Shown here piece by piece: positions 62,655 to 64,000 of a stretch of DNA of 64,000 bases (positions are counted from its first letter, which is position 1; each line of letters begins with the position of its first letter). The position numbers were made by a program, and so were the translations under genes. The notes beneath the pieces were generated by a model, which had not been told where the DNA came from, did no database searches, and saw only the letters and a list, made by a program, of their open reading frames with translations. This stretch comes from a bacterium (GTDB taxonomy: Bacteria > SAR324 > NAC60-12), in contig CBDBHR010000029.1 in NCBI GenBank assembly GCA_965205865.1, forward strand, positions 320,001 to 384,000. The letters run 5' to 3'.

Positions 62655-63283
62655 GTATCGCTATTATCGGGTTCGATATTCCAATACTCCACGGCCCATT
62701 TTTGATTCTCTGTCACCAGAGAGGAGATAGCTCCCGTAGAAATTTTCAATGAATATTGCTGCCTGAATGCTTGAAAATTTCCCGTTAAATGAGGTGCAAA
62801 CCTCGCAATACCATTGCTTGTCACCACCAATACAGTCTGACCTGGATGCACTTTGCAAATTTTTCTGGCAAAATCAGACCAGTTTTGCGCAATTTGCTGG
62901 GGATCGATCTGCCACCCGGGGGGAACACGAGCTTCGCTCTCCCATAGTTGCAATGATTCCTTGCCAATGCGCGCAATGATTTCTTCTTCTGTTTTTCCTT
63001 CATCGATATCGTAATCGACCTCGTCAAACAAAGAACACGGAACAACATCCAGAGCAAATCCGGCTGACTGTATCGCCGTGCATGCCGTTTGATAGCCTCG
63101 TTTCAGCCTGCTGCTGTACACTGCCCTCAAGTCGGGGTGGTTTTTCTTTAGAAATTTTCCCAGCAAAACCGCCTGTATCCGACCGCTTTCCACCAAAGGA
63201 AAATCACTGCGAAGGCCCATACGTAGCGGTATTGCACCGGGTTCAATAGTATTACCATGCCTTGCGATCAACAATCGATTCAT
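62648..63283 (-). CDS. Histidine phosphatase (phosphoglycerate mutase-like) family protein
   Basis: ARHGNT, SS.LKR..QTA. Confidence 0.85.
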   Translation of the reverse strand: MNRLLIARHGNTIEPGAIPLRMGLRSDFPLVESGRIQAVLLGKFLKKNHPDLRAVYSSRLKRGYQTACTAIQSAGFALDVVPCSLFDEVDYDIDEGKTEEEIIARIGKESLQLWESEARVPPGWQIDPQQIAQNWSDFARKICKVHPGQTVLVVTSNGIARFAPHLTGNFQAFRQQYSLKISTGAISSLVTENQKWAVEYWNIEPDNSDTH

Positions 63284-63288
63284 AAAAT

Positions 63289-64000
63289 GGGGTCAGGCTT
63301 GCATATTTGTATTTAGGAATTGTCTCAAGTGTAGGAGTTCTTCAGCCAACCTTGGATCGACTCTCGTCTGGGTTTCCAAGGCAATGCGTTGTCGGCTCAA
63401 CGAGGAAAGGTCTCTTTGAAAATACTAAGCCACCTCCTGTAAGAGCCCGGCCTTTTCCGTATAAAAGAGCGCCACCCTTCCTCGTAATTTCGTCATCTCC
63501 CGGCTTCGTCGTTTTTCTTGCAATCGAACTACTGGCTGACCATAGAAGCGGTAAACCCAGTGAGCGATTTCTGATAAATCAGCAAAAGTGAAGAGAGCGG
63601 GAGACAGGGCAGTCGTAGGAACGTCAAGGGAGTTTTGAAACTCCTCATCACCCAAGAGACTGCCTTCTCGGGTTCCACGATGAAAGTCCTCGCGACGGCC
63701 CTCGTTCATGCCTTTCAAAACAAAACGTTTATATTGCACTTGAGGAGGTTTTCCCGATTTGCCAAACTGTTTCAGGATCCAATCGGTGCTCAACCAGTGA
63801 CAAACAACCTCTCCGGAATAGGTTCGATATCCATTTCAAGGATAAGCTTCCGGGCGTTTGACAAGGTTGGCACGGACAGGGTTGAGGTGAATATAGCGCA
63901 CTAATTCCAGTAAATAAGTGTCTGCATCCACCAAAATTGCTTTATATCGTCCTTGAAACAGATGACCGGTCCGTCACTGGTTTTTGTTTATTAGCCGGGT
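63289..64000 (-). pseudogene. REP-associated tyrosine transposase (RAYT/Y1), decayed and cut by the window edge
   Basis: GHLFQGRYKAILVD..YLLELVRYIHLNPVRA; in-frame TGA at 63974-63976 and 63836-63838; terminal CAAGCCTGACCCC motif. Confidence 0.85.

Noticed and set aside
63836-63976. TGA recoding (alternative genetic code or selenocysteine)
   Set aside because: Many intact genes in the window end in TGA; these stops are best explained as pseudogene decay.

Overview
Chromosomal window from a Gram-negative (diderm) bacterium. Gene content looks deltaproteobacterial or SAR324-like, which is an inference. Most of the window is housekeeping backbone: mgtE, csrA, pduO, waaF, UDG, HU, tolA-tolB-cpoB, ygfZ, trpC, tatC, uvrD/pcrA, ftsY, rluD-rng-cdaR-cdaA-ftsH, argB, two FHA genes, ftsZ-ftsA, trkA, prs-purN-purD/purE, degP/Q, guaB and tsaC. 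An accessory region of about 13.5 kb (roughly 29.3-42.9 kb) interrupts it. That region holds a three-layer IS nest (IS1380 inside an ISNCY/IS5-like element abutting a truncated IS256), a Uma2 nuclease with a heptad VNTR, a PhyH dioxygenase with a peptide/nickel ABC cassette cut by a second ISNCY element, a dppC pseudogene and an IS5 relic. A decayed RAYT lies at the right edge. The most unusual items are: (1) a TolA-like gene of about 1,565 codons built from hierarchical repeats, split by two compensating deletions (-2 and -7 nt); (2) an IS1380 unit that appears to have carried about 190 bp of passenger DNA; (3) a pair of membrane proteins with degenerate FHA domains, coupled to argB and lying downstream of ftsZ; (4) two candidate structured RNAs, a GGA-rich one near csrA and a GC-rich leader before cdaA; (5) two small ORFs missed by the ORF track. 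I found no rRNA, tRNA or CRISPR array, and I cannot demonstrate a complete novel system from sequence alone.
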